From a virus (lineage: Duplodnaviria; Caudoviricetes), in the IMG/VR virus record IMGVR_UViG_3300028591_000129, positions 32,001-96,000 of that record: a stretch of 64,000 bases of DNA, one strand, 5' to 3'. Below are positions 17,353 to 30,069 of this stretch, piece by piece. Below the pieces are notes generated by a model. It did not search any database, was not told where the DNA came from, and saw only the letters and a program-made list of their open reading frames with translations. Both the position numbers and the translations under genes were made by a program. Each line of letters starts with the position of its first letter. Position 1 is the stretch's first letter.

Positions 17353-18815
17353 TGCTTACACCCCCTCTCTAATTGCCTTGATAGCCTTAATGTATCCCTC
17401 AACCTGCGAAACTGTCAGATAGTGACCAAAGCGGTTTAACAGCTCTGTTGCCTTGTCTGCGTCCCTAAACAGCTTAATCTGATTGTCGAGTAATACCCTA
17501 ATGTCTGCGGGGTTTATTCTTGTGTCTTTCATAGTGTTTTACCTCTTTGCTTTCTATGAGTTTTCGTGGGGAATTGCTCGGTATCCCCTACTAATAGTAT
17601 ACGCCTCTCTTCCTTATTTGTACATACCACTTTTCTAAACAAAAAGTTCAATATAGCTTAACTTGTATATGTCCCATTAATGGGGCACTTCCGTGCAACG
17701 GTTAGCACTGGCTAACTGATATGTCCTATTATTGGGATACAGAACAAACACGGCAAGCTGTCCCATTATACGGACACACTGTAATTGTCAAAACGACTTG
17801 ACACCCCTGCCCCTCAAAAATATTTTTCTGTCGGAGCTGACCCCCTGCCCTCGCGCGCACGCCTGCACGGGCGCATTCGCACGCTCGGAACTGCTGACCA
17901 AACCACAGCAAAAAGTTCGTTGCGAACTACACACTCCCCGTGACTGCGTTGGACTGCCCGCCTGCTGTCTGTTCTCTGCTGTCGGATATTCACTGCAAAA
18001 TAAAAGACACCTGCCGTGTTAGCAAGTGCCCTTTACTGCCTGTCTATACTGTCCGTATTACGCGTTATATATCGGTAGGCTTTCCTCTGCGATTACGCGA
18101 TACTTGCCGTGTATAATATCCTCTATTGTCTCTATATCGACGCCCCACGCGTCAGCTACGAAACGACGGCAAGTCTTATAGTTATTCTCTAATATCCTGC
18201 ATATAGCGCCATAGTTGTATTCGTCCTCGGGGCGCTGTTCAAGACGTGTCTCCATATCCTGCCACTGCTCGCGAAGTCTGCGAAGCTCGTTATAGATTGC
18301 TGTCTCTGCGTTATTAAGTACGATAATATCTGTATACATAATTATGTCTCCTGTCAATAATGTTGAGTATCGTTTGGCTCGGAATGTCAGCGCGGTCAGA
18401 CCATACGCCAACCGCACCAATATGCCTCGTTGTATCCGTCCACGAAAGCGTCCTCAAGGCTCTCCTCGCCCATTGCAAGCTCGCGCTCTGTAAAGTCGAG
18501 CACTCTCTGCTGAAAAGCAAGCTGTGCCTCATAGTATCTGTCCATTGCTTCCTCGAATGTAACCTGTGCGAATGTAACCTTTGCCATTGTTCTAATCTCC
18601 TTTATATGAGTTTTATGAGTGTTAGCACCTAACGTGCTTGTAAGTATAGTATATACCACATAGGATAAAATGCAATACATTTTTTCACATTTTCCAAAAA
18701 TTCTTTTTACCCGTCCTGACTGCCTACTCTCCAATCAAAACAAAACACCGATAATCTCGGTATCTTCAGGTGTCAGCTACACCTCTTTTCGTTGGTTTGG
18801 TATTTACAACGAGCA

Positions 18816-18870
18816 AAAATGTCAATCTGAAATTGACGTATCTAAAATGTCAATCTGAAATTGACGTATC
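18816..18870. repeat. Tandem 27-bp direct repeat, each copy containing an inverted repeat
   Basis: AAAATGTCAATCTGAAATTGACGTATC x2. Confidence 0.9.
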
Positions 18871-19799
18871 AGTGCGCGTGCCTGCCTGAAGAGTTCACAA
18901 TAGCCACCAACCGCCGACGAAATGCGGAAGCTACACGTCGTGCTGTGCGCACTCGGCTGTCCTGTCCGCCTGTCACTGAAGCATACAAAAAGGGGCGCTG
19001 TACACGCCCCCTGTCTGCTGTCCTGCGCTGTCCTTAATTCAGATACAGCACACGCCCTGTTACTGTCTTTACTCGTGACGGTTCACCGTGGAAATATCCA
19101 ACGACTGCCACATAGGAATTAACGATACCGTTAACTGTGCCCTCTTCGTAGTACTTGATAAGCTCTTCGTACTGTCTGCGCTTTACTTCCTGAAGTTCCA
19201 TTGCCTTGATAATGCTCGTTGTCATATTACTTCTCTCCTCTCTTCATTCTCTCGATAATTTCTGCCTTAACAAGCTCGTAGTCCTCGCACCTGTCCTCGT
19301 CAACGGGATTGAAATTGTTTACGTACCACAGAAAACGCTCCATAAGCTGTTCTGCCGTGTCTTTCTGAATGATTGCCTTATGTGTTGCTCTTCTCTCGTC
19401 TGTCATATGCTTATACCCCCTTTGTATACTCGCGAATTAAATATGCCTTATGTATCTGAATAGCGATACGCTTTGCCTGACGAAGCTGTGCTTCTGTAAG
19501 CTCGCGTCCTGCCTGTACTCTCTTTGCGAAAGAATGAACGTACTCGTATCCAATATATGTGTATACGGGTGCAACGTTATCAGCGGGAACGTTAACGCCT
19601 GCAAGCTCTGCGAGAAGCTCTGCCTCATTGGCGTAGATAGCTGTCCACTTTACGGGCTTCAAGCCCTCGCCATACTGTGCCTCTGTCTCTCTGCAAATTC
19701 TCTGTGCTTCATTAATAGTCATAATCAAATCTCCTGTCTATGAGTTTTCCGAACTGTGATTATAGATTAACATATCTCGTGGTAAATACAATAGGTTTA

Positions 19800-19828
19800 T
19801 GTTACAGTAATGTTACAAACAGATTACA
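19800..19828 (-). promoter_or_regulatory. 11-bp-period direct repeat upstream of a promoter (WalR/OmpR-type box); copies at 21079, 23441, 27377, 28303 (inverted), 28832, 31847
   Basis: TGTTACA-N4-TGTTACA-N4-GATTACA, read as TGTAAC-N5-TGTAAC on the minus strand. Confidence 0.65.
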
Positions 19829-21289
19829 AACGAGAGCAACAGGTTGACAACTACTTCAGAAGTCATTCGTCCTTCGCTCGGTCAGCTACATTCATTTTTG
19901 CCTCGAAGCAGACCTCTCGGCTTTCCTCTACTCGGCTCGGAAAACCTGCAAACCCCTGAAAACACTGCATTTGCAGGCAAATCAGCCCTCAAGTCAGCTC
20001 ACAGGCTGTGCGGAAGCTACACTCACGCCTCGTGCCTGCGATTGGCGCGTACCAAGAATGTCTGCAATAGAAAAACGGGAACTGTGCCCCGCTTCTCCTG
20101 TCGTGCTGTATGCTATGTTCTCGGACTTAACTTCTCATAGCACACGCCCAATTGACGGCGTCTCGTGCCATACCGTATTCCTTGCCTGTCAACCACACGA
20201 TACCTCGTGCGTCTCTGCCCATAAAGACGTCGAGCAAGTCTCCAAGGTCATTAATGAGCTTCTCGTACCTCTCGTCCTCTTCAGCAGTAAGCGTGCCGTT
20301 GAACGCCTTGTCAGAACGCTCATTCATAGCACGATTACGTCTGAATATAATGTCGTGCGCGTGCTTCTCTACGTTGAACGGATACCTCTTCTGTGCCATA
20401 ACTTATACCCCCTTTACAAGCTCGCAATTAGCAACGTTAATCTTACCGCCCTCTACGAAGTAAGCATATGTTGCTACCCAACGTCCATATCTGTCATTGA
20501 AGTCACAAATCTTACGAACTGTACCTATGAAGCCGTGCTCGATTGTTCTGCCCTTAACAACACGGACTGTATCTCCCTCAAGAATGATACCGCGAGAGTG
20601 CAGGAAAGCTCTGCGTGCTTCCTCGTTAATCTCCATATAGTACAGCTCGTCATTATCGTGTGAACCGTCAGCATAATCATAATCTCTAACACAACAGGAA
20701 TTAACCTCGTTAGTTACAGGATTATAGAAAGTTGCTGTAACGAATGTTCCGCCCTCGTGGGATACCTTATAGAACTTATTCTCTAACATTTGCTTTACCC
20801 CCTTATGCACGTTTAACACCGACGACTACTCCGTTTACCTCACGCTCGTCCATAACGTCGTCGTAACAGGACGTTGCAACGGCTACTTCCATAGCGGAAA
20901 CCGTAGCATTTCCACAAATAGCTACTGCGAGCCATCTTTCGACCTCAACCTCTTCTACGTAATTGGATACTGTGTACTTGAACATAATCAAAATCTCCTT
21001 TGCTTGTTATGAGTGTTCTGCACTTCCGTGCTTGTGAGTATAGATTATCACATTTCGTAGTGATTACAATGCCCTTTATGTTACAAATATGTTACAAAAC
21101 TGCACCAAATCGACAGCTCCGAGCGCCATTCAAAAGCTACACTCGCCCCAAAAATCACAGAAAATACCAAAAAGTGCCTCGAAAGCGGGCGGTCAGCTAC
21201 ACCTGTTTTTGCTCCGAGACGAATTGATGACAAACAAAAAGACGGAAGTTGTATCCGCCTCTCTGCATATATAGGAGATTTTAGATTGA

Positions 21290-21915
21290 TTACTCTGACT
21301 TTACTCTCTTCGCTGTTGCCTCTCTGTAATAGTTGTTGATATTGTCCTTGTCGCCTGTCTCAAGTTCGTCAGTGAACGGCATTCCTTTAACGTTTGTTCC
21401 GTTAACTCGTCTGTTGTCTCCGAAGCCCTGCACGGTCAATGTCTTGAACTCGCCTTTCCAATTCTGAACGATAATTCTGTCGCCCTTTTTAAGGTCTGCT
21501 GTCGGTACGTCTTCTGCGTGCCAATATTCTGCACCAATAGGGCGTGCCTGTCTCTCGTCGATAGCCTCAAGCATTTCGTTAAGCTCGTATGTATCCTGCT
21601 CTATTCCACGGAAATACTCGCGCCCTGTGATTTTCCACCCCTCGACAATGTATGTTCCGTTGTCGCCGTTGTCAGTGTCAAGTCTGTCCAATGTGTCGAT
21701 ACCTACGGAAAGTCCGTCGTCTCCGAAGAAGTTAGCGATAACCTGTGCAAGTCTTGCGAAGCCGTAGCAGTCTGTATCAGGTGCACGGAAACCTCTTATC
21801 TCGCAATACTTCAGGAAAGCTTCTACGCTGTCCCTGCCACCATTCCAATGAAGATAGATACCAATACCGTTATTCTCGAAGTTCTCACGTGTTGTTATAA
21901 CTGCTCTGTTGCCCA
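21290..21915 (-). CDS. Hypothetical phage protein (MGNRAVI...IYLHWNGG)
   Basis: Long ORF with SD GAGGAGG. Confidence 0.7.
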
Positions 21916-24374
21916 TTATCTTATACCTCCTCAAAGCTTGCTACTCTTGTTAAGTGGTTGTGATTTCCGCCTGTATACACCGTTGCGTGGTGCTCTTTTG
22001 CGTACTTAATAGCTGTATCCTCTTCCCATACATATGCGTGAACTGTCGCGTCCTTTGAGCTTCCTACCAAGAACCAATAACCATACATATAATAGTTATC
22101 GCGCCAGTCCTCAATGGAAAGATAGTGGTGCTTGTGTGTTACCATTCTGTCTGCTGTACTCATTGATAAAATCTCCTTTTGCTTGTTATGAGTTTTCCAA
22201 ATTGTGATTATACAATAGCAAAGTATTTACCACCTGTCAAGCATTATTTTCACATTTTCAGAAAAATAATTAAAAATACTACCGAACTCAACAAAGACGG
22301 GAGCTACAACTGTTTTAGATTGTTTGGTATTTACTGCTCGGCTCACCTGTCAGACAGTACCAAGGAAACCACTGCAAACTCCAACCACTGCCGACATTCA
22401 GCGCTTCCGAGAAGCTACACACTGTCGGTGGTCGGCGGGCTGTGCGCGTTTTCCTGCGCGACAAAAGGGCGGGATTTGTCGTCCCGTCCCTCTGTCATAA
22501 ATATAGGAGATTTCGCGTAGATTGTCTTAATGAATACGAACTAAAAGCTCCGCTTCAATTGCTGTCAGAATTCTATTCAAGTCCTTGTATCTGTCACTGT
22601 CTTGATGGTGAATGTATTCACGTGACGCGCGGGCTGAATAGTCCCTGTGGTAACTTAACAGGCGGGCGCTGTCAAGCTCTCTGCACTTTGCTGTTATCTC
22701 ATTAATATCAGTCAACATATTTTCACCCCTCTCTTAATTGTAATACCAAACGATATACTTGCTTTCTGTAACACGTCCCTGCGCGTCTCTCGCTTCCCAC
22801 GGTGTATAGTGGGCGGGTTTATGTGTCCTGATATATCTCGTGCAATGCGCGTTAATTCTGATAACCTCTGCGCGTGCCTCTCTTTCCGTGTCCGCGAATT
22901 CAAAAGTAAGTCTGTAACGTCCTCTCATTGTCAATCCTCCTCTACTGCCTTTCTGATAAGCTCCTGCTCTTCAAGCGTGATTAAGCCAAGAAGATACAGA
23001 ATATGTGTTGCACCCTTTGCCTGCTCCTGCACTTTAGTGTCGTCCCCAAGTGCGATACAGTTACGCAAATATCTGCGAAGCTCTCTGTTATCCTTACCAA
23101 GTCTCTCAACTGTCTCAAGCGCCTGTAAATACTCGTTCATTGTGTTTGTTCCTTTCTATGAGTGTTTATGCGATAAGCTCTGCGGGTGTTCCTAACAGCT
23201 CTGCTGTTCTTTCCTTGCTATATGTGAAAAGGTCGAAGAAATCTTCACTTGTGATAGCCTTATCATTAGCGATAGCCTGCAAAATGTCCATTACCTGACA
23301 GTTGCTTGTTGCTACTGCGATTAAAACCTTGTACATTCTTGCCTTTGTCATTTCCCCGTCCTGCCTTTCTATGAGTTTTCCTTTGTTAAGTATAGAATAT
23401 CACTTTCGGTGGTAAATACAATACCCCTTTAGCTGTTTTATGTTACAGTTGTGTTACAAACAGATTACACTGTCAATCTGCTCTTGACACCGCAGGCAAC
23501 AGGTGGCACTGTCAGCTACACCCGTTTTTGCTCTGAAACTGCTCCTCTCCGCCTGCTTCTGTCTACCGTCAGCTAACAGCAAAACGGCGGAAATGCCTGA
23601 TATTACTGCGTTTCAGCCTGTCCGTCAGCCCAACCGAACCACAGCAGACCGAGCTCCTCGCGCGAAGCTACACTTCGTGGGTGCGGAATTCGGGCATACA
23701 AAAAGCGGTCTGTGTGACCGCCTCTGCTTATTCTTCCTCGTCGGGAACTGCTATCTGTACCACTCGACCGTTCCACCAAACCTCTTTGCCTGTGACCTCT
23801 TCAAACATAAACACACAAGTCATAAAACGCTCGTGTACACGGTGCGCAATGTCTGTAAGGGATACTTCACACGCCTCAAGATACTCGCTGTAAAGCTCAT
23901 TCAGATAATCCAAAGACTTCTTCTCGTATTCTGTCAACTCTGCCATACTTGCACCCCCTCACTCTACGACAAACCTAACAACTACTCCGTCGTCCTCGTC
24001 TAACCACTCTTCCACAAAACCGTTATCCTCTCCGTCGTACTGCCAAGAATACGTTGTATCTATGACGTCGTCCTCTCTCCAAAGCTCAATCTGCATATCA
24101 GGTGCACTCTCCATATATTCGCTGTACTTCTCATAAAGACGGATTGCTTCCTTTACAGACTTCGCACGAACTACTTCGTCCATAACCTCGGCAAGTGTCA
24201 TAGTATTTGACGCCTCACCGCAGTACTTGTCCCAAGCTCGCTCTACCATTAAATCGTAATTGTCGTAAACGTACATTTTGAAATCTCCTTTGCTTGTTAT
24301 GAGTGTTTAAACTGTACTTACATTATATCACTTCCAATAGTGAATACAACCCCTAATTTACACTTTTTCCAAAC

Positions 24375-24392
24375 TGTCCCATTAATCGGACT
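24375..24392. promoter_or_regulatory. Palindromic operator-like site TGTCCCAWTAWTSGGACA; copies at 4830, 17670, 17722, 17759, 25518, 26442, 34565, 39707
   Basis: Recurring 18-bp dyad, mostly just upstream of -35 elements. Confidence 0.65.
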
Positions 24393-26011
24393 TTCTCGCG
24401 GAGCTACACCGTGTCGGTCTGTGCGTGGTTGGTCGGGGCTGTCAGAATTCGGGCATATTAAAAGGGCGGTTACTGTCCGCCCCTTATGTTATCAGTAGTG
24501 ATTGTATCCTGCTTCTGTGTGCTCTCTTGCAATCTGTACAACCTTTCTTGGATAATCGCCGTTAGGATAATATCTCTTAACCTGTGCGGGTCTTGCTATG
24601 AGCTTTGTGATAATGTCGTTTGTTGTGTTGTTGTAAACTATGATAATTCCGTTATCTGTCAGCTCGTGTCTCTCTAATCCGTGCCAATGTCCTCTGTCTA
24701 CGTAGAACTTGCCTATAACGTTTCCCTGTCCGAGGTACTTAATGAGCTCTTCGCGGTACTGTCTATCGTTCATATAGTGTCTGCTAACTGCCATTGTCTT
24801 TTCCCCCTTATGAGTGTTTTGAGCGATACCCTGTATCTGATTATAGAATATCACCTTTGGTGGTATTTACAATAGGTAAATCGTAGTGTTCACAATTCGT
24901 TAACATTTGCCAACTCTCCCTGTCACCACGGTGCGAAAAGGTCAGCTACACCTGAATTCTGCTGTGGGTTTGCGGGCATAATAAAACGCCCCTGTTAAGG
25001 GACGTCTTACCTCTGCTGTCAATGTGCCGTGTGCCCTATTATGCTACCCCCTCAAGCTTGATAGTTGCGGACAGTTTGCAAAGGTTGTTATAGTTCTTCT
25101 TGGTTACTGTCTCACCAATTACCTCTGAGCTCTCCTGTATTACTCTATAACAGCCCGACTCCAAAGGATAAAGAGTGTTAACAATATGCACGGGCTTGTG
25201 CACCTCTGTGATTGTGCCGTTCTCTCTGACGTACTCAGAGGCATATCTGATTTTGTGCTGTGTATATGTGCCGTCCTCGTGCTTGATATTCTTGATAAGT
25301 GCCTTTTCGCTCCAAAGTACATAATACTCAACGTCAAATCTGAAAGAGCCGTACTTCTTAGCCTCTGTATCCCACTTAATAGCCTTTTCTCTTGTAATGC
25401 TTGCCATTGTTCTAATCTCCTTTATATGAGTTTTATGAGTGTGTACCTATTGGGTACGATATGAGTATATACCACTATGCAATTCAATGCAAGCCCTTTT
25501 TTGAATATTTTTTCAGGTGTCCCATTATTCGGACAGTTTGCGAAGCTACACCGAGGCGGTTAAAAAGCGGGATTGCTCCCGCCTTGTGGTCACGCCTCTT
25601 CGTGCTCGATAAAGGCTCGAAGAATTGTGTCGCCTGCTACCTCTGCGTTCTGCCTTATCTGCTCGTCTGTAAGCTCGTTGTATTCCATTGACAATCTGAT
25701 AAGCTCAACTGCACGTTCTACCAACTGCTCGTGTGTTGCGTTGCGTGTGTCTGTCATACCTTGCACCCCCTTATGCTGTAAGCTCGTTGTATCTGTTCTT
25801 GAGTACGTCTACGCGGTATCTTGCCTGATTTGCGTAGTCCTCGTCGCCGTAATTGTTGATACGGATATTGTATACCTCGGTGTAATAGCGGATTTCTCGC
25901 CTAATCTCGCGTGTGTCTGTCATAGCATTAACACGGGCATTGATTACTTCTCTATATCCTGCGGGTACATAATAGTTAACGTTCATTTTCTTTCGTCCTT
26001 TCTATGAGTGT

Positions 26012-26326
26012 TTATGCAACCTTTTTAGGCTGTGTGCCAAGCTCTACCGTCTGCTCGTATGTGAAGAAAGACGTTGCGAAGTATCCGCGTGCTTTCTTGG
26101 GAGCTAAAAGGTCAATCTGTGCAACGTGTGTCTCGTCGTGTCTTACTTCACGTCCTACGAGTGTCCAACCATACCACGTTCTAACTTCGCCGTATGTGTC
26201 GCGGATTTCTGCTACTGCCTTTGCGTCTACCCAAGCAAGGTGCAGGCAGTTAGCGAATGTGCCATAGCGTCCGCTTCTGTATGCCTCGTGTGCCTTTTTC
26301 ATAATAAGCTTCTTGTCGTATCTCAT
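26012..26326 (-). CDS. Possible ArdC-N-like ssDNA-binding protein
   Basis: TWYGW...GREVR.DE...FFTYEQT resembles the ArdC N-domain pattern. Confidence 0.4.
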   Translation of the reverse strand: MRYDKKLIMKKAHEAYRSGRYGTFANCLHLAWVDAKAVAEIRDTYGEVRTWYGWTLVGREVRHDETHVAQIDLLAPKKARGYFATSFFTYEQTVELGTQPKKVA

Positions 26327-26783
26327 TGCTAAAATCTCCGTTCTATGAGTGCGTCAAGTTATCTAACTTGCACCTTAAGTATATCGAAGTACTTACCACT
26401 TGTCAACACTATTTTTAATAATTTTCCAAAGTCGCGCAAAGTGTCCCAATAATCGGACAGTTTTCAGAAGCTACACTGCGTGATATTTCGCAGAAATGGC
26501 TCGGGGAGCTACACCTGTTTTCCTGCTGAAACGGAACTGCATTAGAAAAGGTGGGCTTGTCAACCCACCCTGTATGCAAGGTACTCGGTATTCCCTACCG
26601 TGCCACCGTACATTCCTGTACGTCCTCGTTTTAGCTTGTATCCGACGTATTCTGTGACCTCGTCAAGCCCTTTGCAGTATATCTCAGGCGCGTTCTCTAA
26701 CGCCTGCATATATGCGTCCCTGTCCATTCCTTTAGTAAGCTCAACTTTCTTTACTGCGTAGATATTCATATACTGACACCCCC

Positions 26784-27302
26784 TTATGCTGTCTTTCCAT
26801 TAACGGGCTCTTTAAGGAACTTCTTGAGCTGTCGCGCTGTCTTGAAGCCGTCGAACTTAAGTCCTGCAAGCTCTGTAAGTTTTACGTCTTCCTTATACAG
26901 AATATCCCAATAGGTGTAATCTGTTGTGAATGACCTGTACAAGAAGTCGCAACCCTCGGGAGAATAACCTGTCTCTGTCTCCATTGTATGCGCCCACATA
27001 CCGTTAGCACAACCGCTGACGCCTACCTTGAAGCAGACATAGCCTGTGAAGCCAAGCTCGATAGCTGTCTCCAAGAACTGCCTCATTTGGTAAAGCCTTG
27101 TCAGTGACAGCTTGTCAATCCACCAATCGAAGATTGACAACTCTTTGCACACCTCGCGCATTTCAAAGTACAACGGTGTATAATACTTGCGCTCGCAGTA
27201 AGACATATTGTCCCAATTAGCCTTTCTCTCCTCAAGAATAAAGATACGCTCGTTTACCCTTGCCAATACTTCCTGTGCGTTCTTGTCTGAATACTTACCC
27301 AT
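26784..27302 (-). CDS. Hypothetical protein
   Basis: 172-aa ORF after ACTCATA-SD. Confidence 0.65.
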   Translation of the reverse strand: MGKYSDKNAQEVLARVNERIFILEERKANWDNMSYCERKYYTPLYFEMREVCKELSIFDWWIDKLSLTRLYQMRQFLETAIELGFTGYVCFKVGVSGCANGMWAHTMETETGYSPEGCDFLYRSFTTDYTYWDILYKEDVKLTELAGLKFDGFKTARQLKKFLKEPVNGKTA

Positions 27303-29135
27303 TGATTTAATCTCCTTTACTGTTTATGAGTTTGTTTTACTGTACCCATATTATAGCGCGTACTACCCGCCCTGTGTGTTACAGTTGTGTTACAAACACA
27401 TTACAGCGCGGACAGCCACGGCGAGCCCCAACCCCCGACGGGCACGCACCGCGGAGCGGTTGGTGTAGCCACCTCGCAGGGGCAAAGAAAAACGGGGTGA
27501 ACCCCCGCTTCTCAACCGTCTGCCCACTCTCGGGCTTCCTTTAGATTGTCCTGATACTCGTCAGCAGTAATCGGTAAGCTTACCGTGTAAATCGGGCTTC
27601 CGTCTGTCCAATCGTAAATCGCGGTGACTGTGCACCCGATAGACTGAAAAGCACACGCGACCTCGTCCCCATAGGTAGTCAACCCGTAATCGGACACTAT
27701 TTTGTTAATGTAGGTCGCTACGTTACTCTCGTCTATGCCCCAATCACTCCACTGTACCCTGCCTGCAACTTCCCTGATATTATCCGCTGTCAACATATCG
27801 TCTACCCCCTCAACGCTCTATACCTGCAAGCTCGTCATACCTCGCGTCTGCCAAGCACTGCCAACGCTTGATAGTATGGTCAGAGTGAACGTTCTTAACG
27901 AGCTTCCTGACGTCGTCATAGAATGTATCAACATTAGTAAGCGTATTGAGCTTGTCAATTCTCTTATAGTCGTTTCTTTCCATTGCGTAATCGTATGTCA
28001 TTTTGTTTTACCCCCTTAAATAAGCTTCCAACCGATACCCTGTGTCTTATACGCGATACCGCAGTAATCGAGAACCTTTACAACGTCAGAATTGATTGTC
28101 GTGGTCTGCTCGCCACGGTAAATATCCACTAACTCGTAGATACCATAAGGAGTAATACTGATACCCCTTACAGCGTGACCGTCCATAAGTGCGTTGATAA
28201 CATTTGCTAACTTTTCCATACTGAAATCTCCTTTGTATGAGTTTTAAAATTGTGCCTTTAGTTTATCACGGTGGTATTCACATTGCAAGCGATTTCACGT
28301 TTTGTAACCTGTTTGTAACATTCAGTCAGGGGCGTCGGTGGCTTCTCTGAAGCTACACCTCGCGGGTCGTGTGGTCGGCTGTGCTCGGGGCATAAGAAAA
28401 GGGGCTTCCTGCCCCTTAATCCCACTCAAGATATACGTCAGTGATATGTTCGTTGTCGACCCCCATACATTCTCGACAGTACCGCTTAGCCTGCCTGCTA
28501 CTCACTGCTCTGCACCTGTAATGATAATGAATTCCGCACACGACGTATACGACACAATACGGCTTTAACTGCATACTCACACCCCCTCTATTCTGATAAT
28601 GTCTTCCTTGCCAACAGTCTTATAGTTGTATCTGTCAACCTTGAAGTAATACAAGCTTGTTCCGTCAGGAATGAAATAGCTTATTGCGTGAAGCTTACGC
28701 TCAAAATCAACGCAAGTATAGGGACTTGTGAAGTGTCTTTCTCTGTAAATAACTGTCATACCGATAATCTCCTTTACGTGTTATGAGTTTTCTTAATGTG
28801 CCCACAGTATAGCATATGTGACTGCTCCGTAGGTTACAGCTGTGTTACAAACAGGTTACAAAAGCAAGCTCGAAGTTGACAGCTCCGAATCAACGAGTCG
28901 GCAGAAGCGAGCTTTCAGCTACACCCCAAAAATAGCAAAAGTTGCTCCAAGGTCAGTATTCCGACTGCGGGATTAGCGGTTTCCTGCACGGAAGCAATGG
29001 TTTTATCGGTGCTCGGGTCTCTACTCGCTTATAACACGTCTTACCGTAGCCCAATATCCGTGCTTCCTCGTTCTTCAGCCTGCGCCCACAGCGCAAACAG
29101 TACTTGTACTCTTTCATTCCTGCCTGCCCCTTATA

Positions 29136-30059
29136 TTAGAATATATGCGACAGTGCGTATTCCACTGCCACAGCGTCGTCTACTTCTCCTGTCTTTATCC
29201 CTTTCTCTACTGCCTGCAACACCTTAAGAAACTGCACAAGGTCAGCTCCGCCCCAAAAGCCCAAGTTCTTCTTCGCGCACTTCACGTCCCACTGCGACAG
29301 CCCCGTTGTAGCGCACACGTCACTGCTTGCACACGTCTGCACCTGTAAAACACGCTTCATATTGGTATAAAGTACGCTAATTAGCCTTAAAGACGGCTCT
29401 CCTATCGCCTTGCAGTCCTCTAAAAGCATATATGCTCGATATGGGTCAGCTCTCAACACTGCGTCAGTAAATGCGAAGATAGCGTCAGTCGGTGGTCGGT
29501 GTATCGTACCGTCCTCAACCAATCGGGAAAACGCTTCGTCAGGAGCTACATTCGTTTCTTGTGTGTACTGCTGTACCTTGTCTATCTCTAAAAGAATTCG
29601 TCCGTAGTTTTGCTCGCACAGCATAATTAACTGCTCGGTGTGCTCGTCAGATAGTGAAATCTCCTTTTGCACGTACTTATACAACACGTCAACGTCCATA
29701 TAATTAAATGTAACTACCTTATCCTTGAAGAAATTATAGAATTTTGTACGCTTATCTACCGTGGTTATCTGAAAAATGAGCATTTTATCACCTAAAAGGG
29801 CGTCTATCTCGTCCCACGCGTTCTCTGCCTGCATAAATTCCTTGTCGTCGCGCACAACATACAGTGTCGGTCTCGGTATCAAACCCGTCCTTTTACGTAG
29901 GGCGAAAGCTACACTATCTGTGCGTTCCACGGTGCGACCTGTGACCTCGGCGATTTTGTTAATGTATATACGCTGTGCCTCTATCTCGTCCCCTGTAAAT
30001 ATATAAAATGGGTCAAGATTTTTACCCATAATCTGCTTTTTTACGGCGTTAATCTCCAT
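29136..30059 (-). CDS. holA: DNA polymerase III delta subunit-like clamp-loader protein
   Basis: FYIFTGDE, VDKRTKFY, EIDK, IFAFTDAVL, E.GIKTG motifs. Confidence 0.75.
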   Translation of the reverse strand: MEINAVKKQIMGKNLDPFYIFTGDEIEAQRIYINKIAEVTGRTVERTDSVAFALRKRTGLIPRPTLYVVRDDKEFMQAENAWDEIDALLGDKMLIFQITTVDKRTKFYNFFKDKVVTFNYMDVDVLYKYVQKEISLSDEHTEQLIMLCEQNYGRILLEIDKVQQYTQETNVAPDEAFSRLVEDGTIHRPPTDAIFAFTDAVLRADPYRAYMLLEDCKAIGEPSLRLISVLYTNMKRVLQVQTCASSDVCATTGLSQWDVKCAKKNLGFWGGADLVQFLKVLQAVEKGIKTGEVDDAVAVEYALSHIF

Positions 30060-30069
30060 AGAACTTCTC

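Larger units (their letters stand above)
17356..28930 (-). other. Array of about 13 short transcription cassettes with small hypothetical genes (probable early/host-takeover region)
   Basis: Repeating pattern: promoter, ACTCATA-SD, 1-4 small ORFs, hairpin terminator, GC-rich spacer containing AGCTACAC. Confidence 0.75.
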
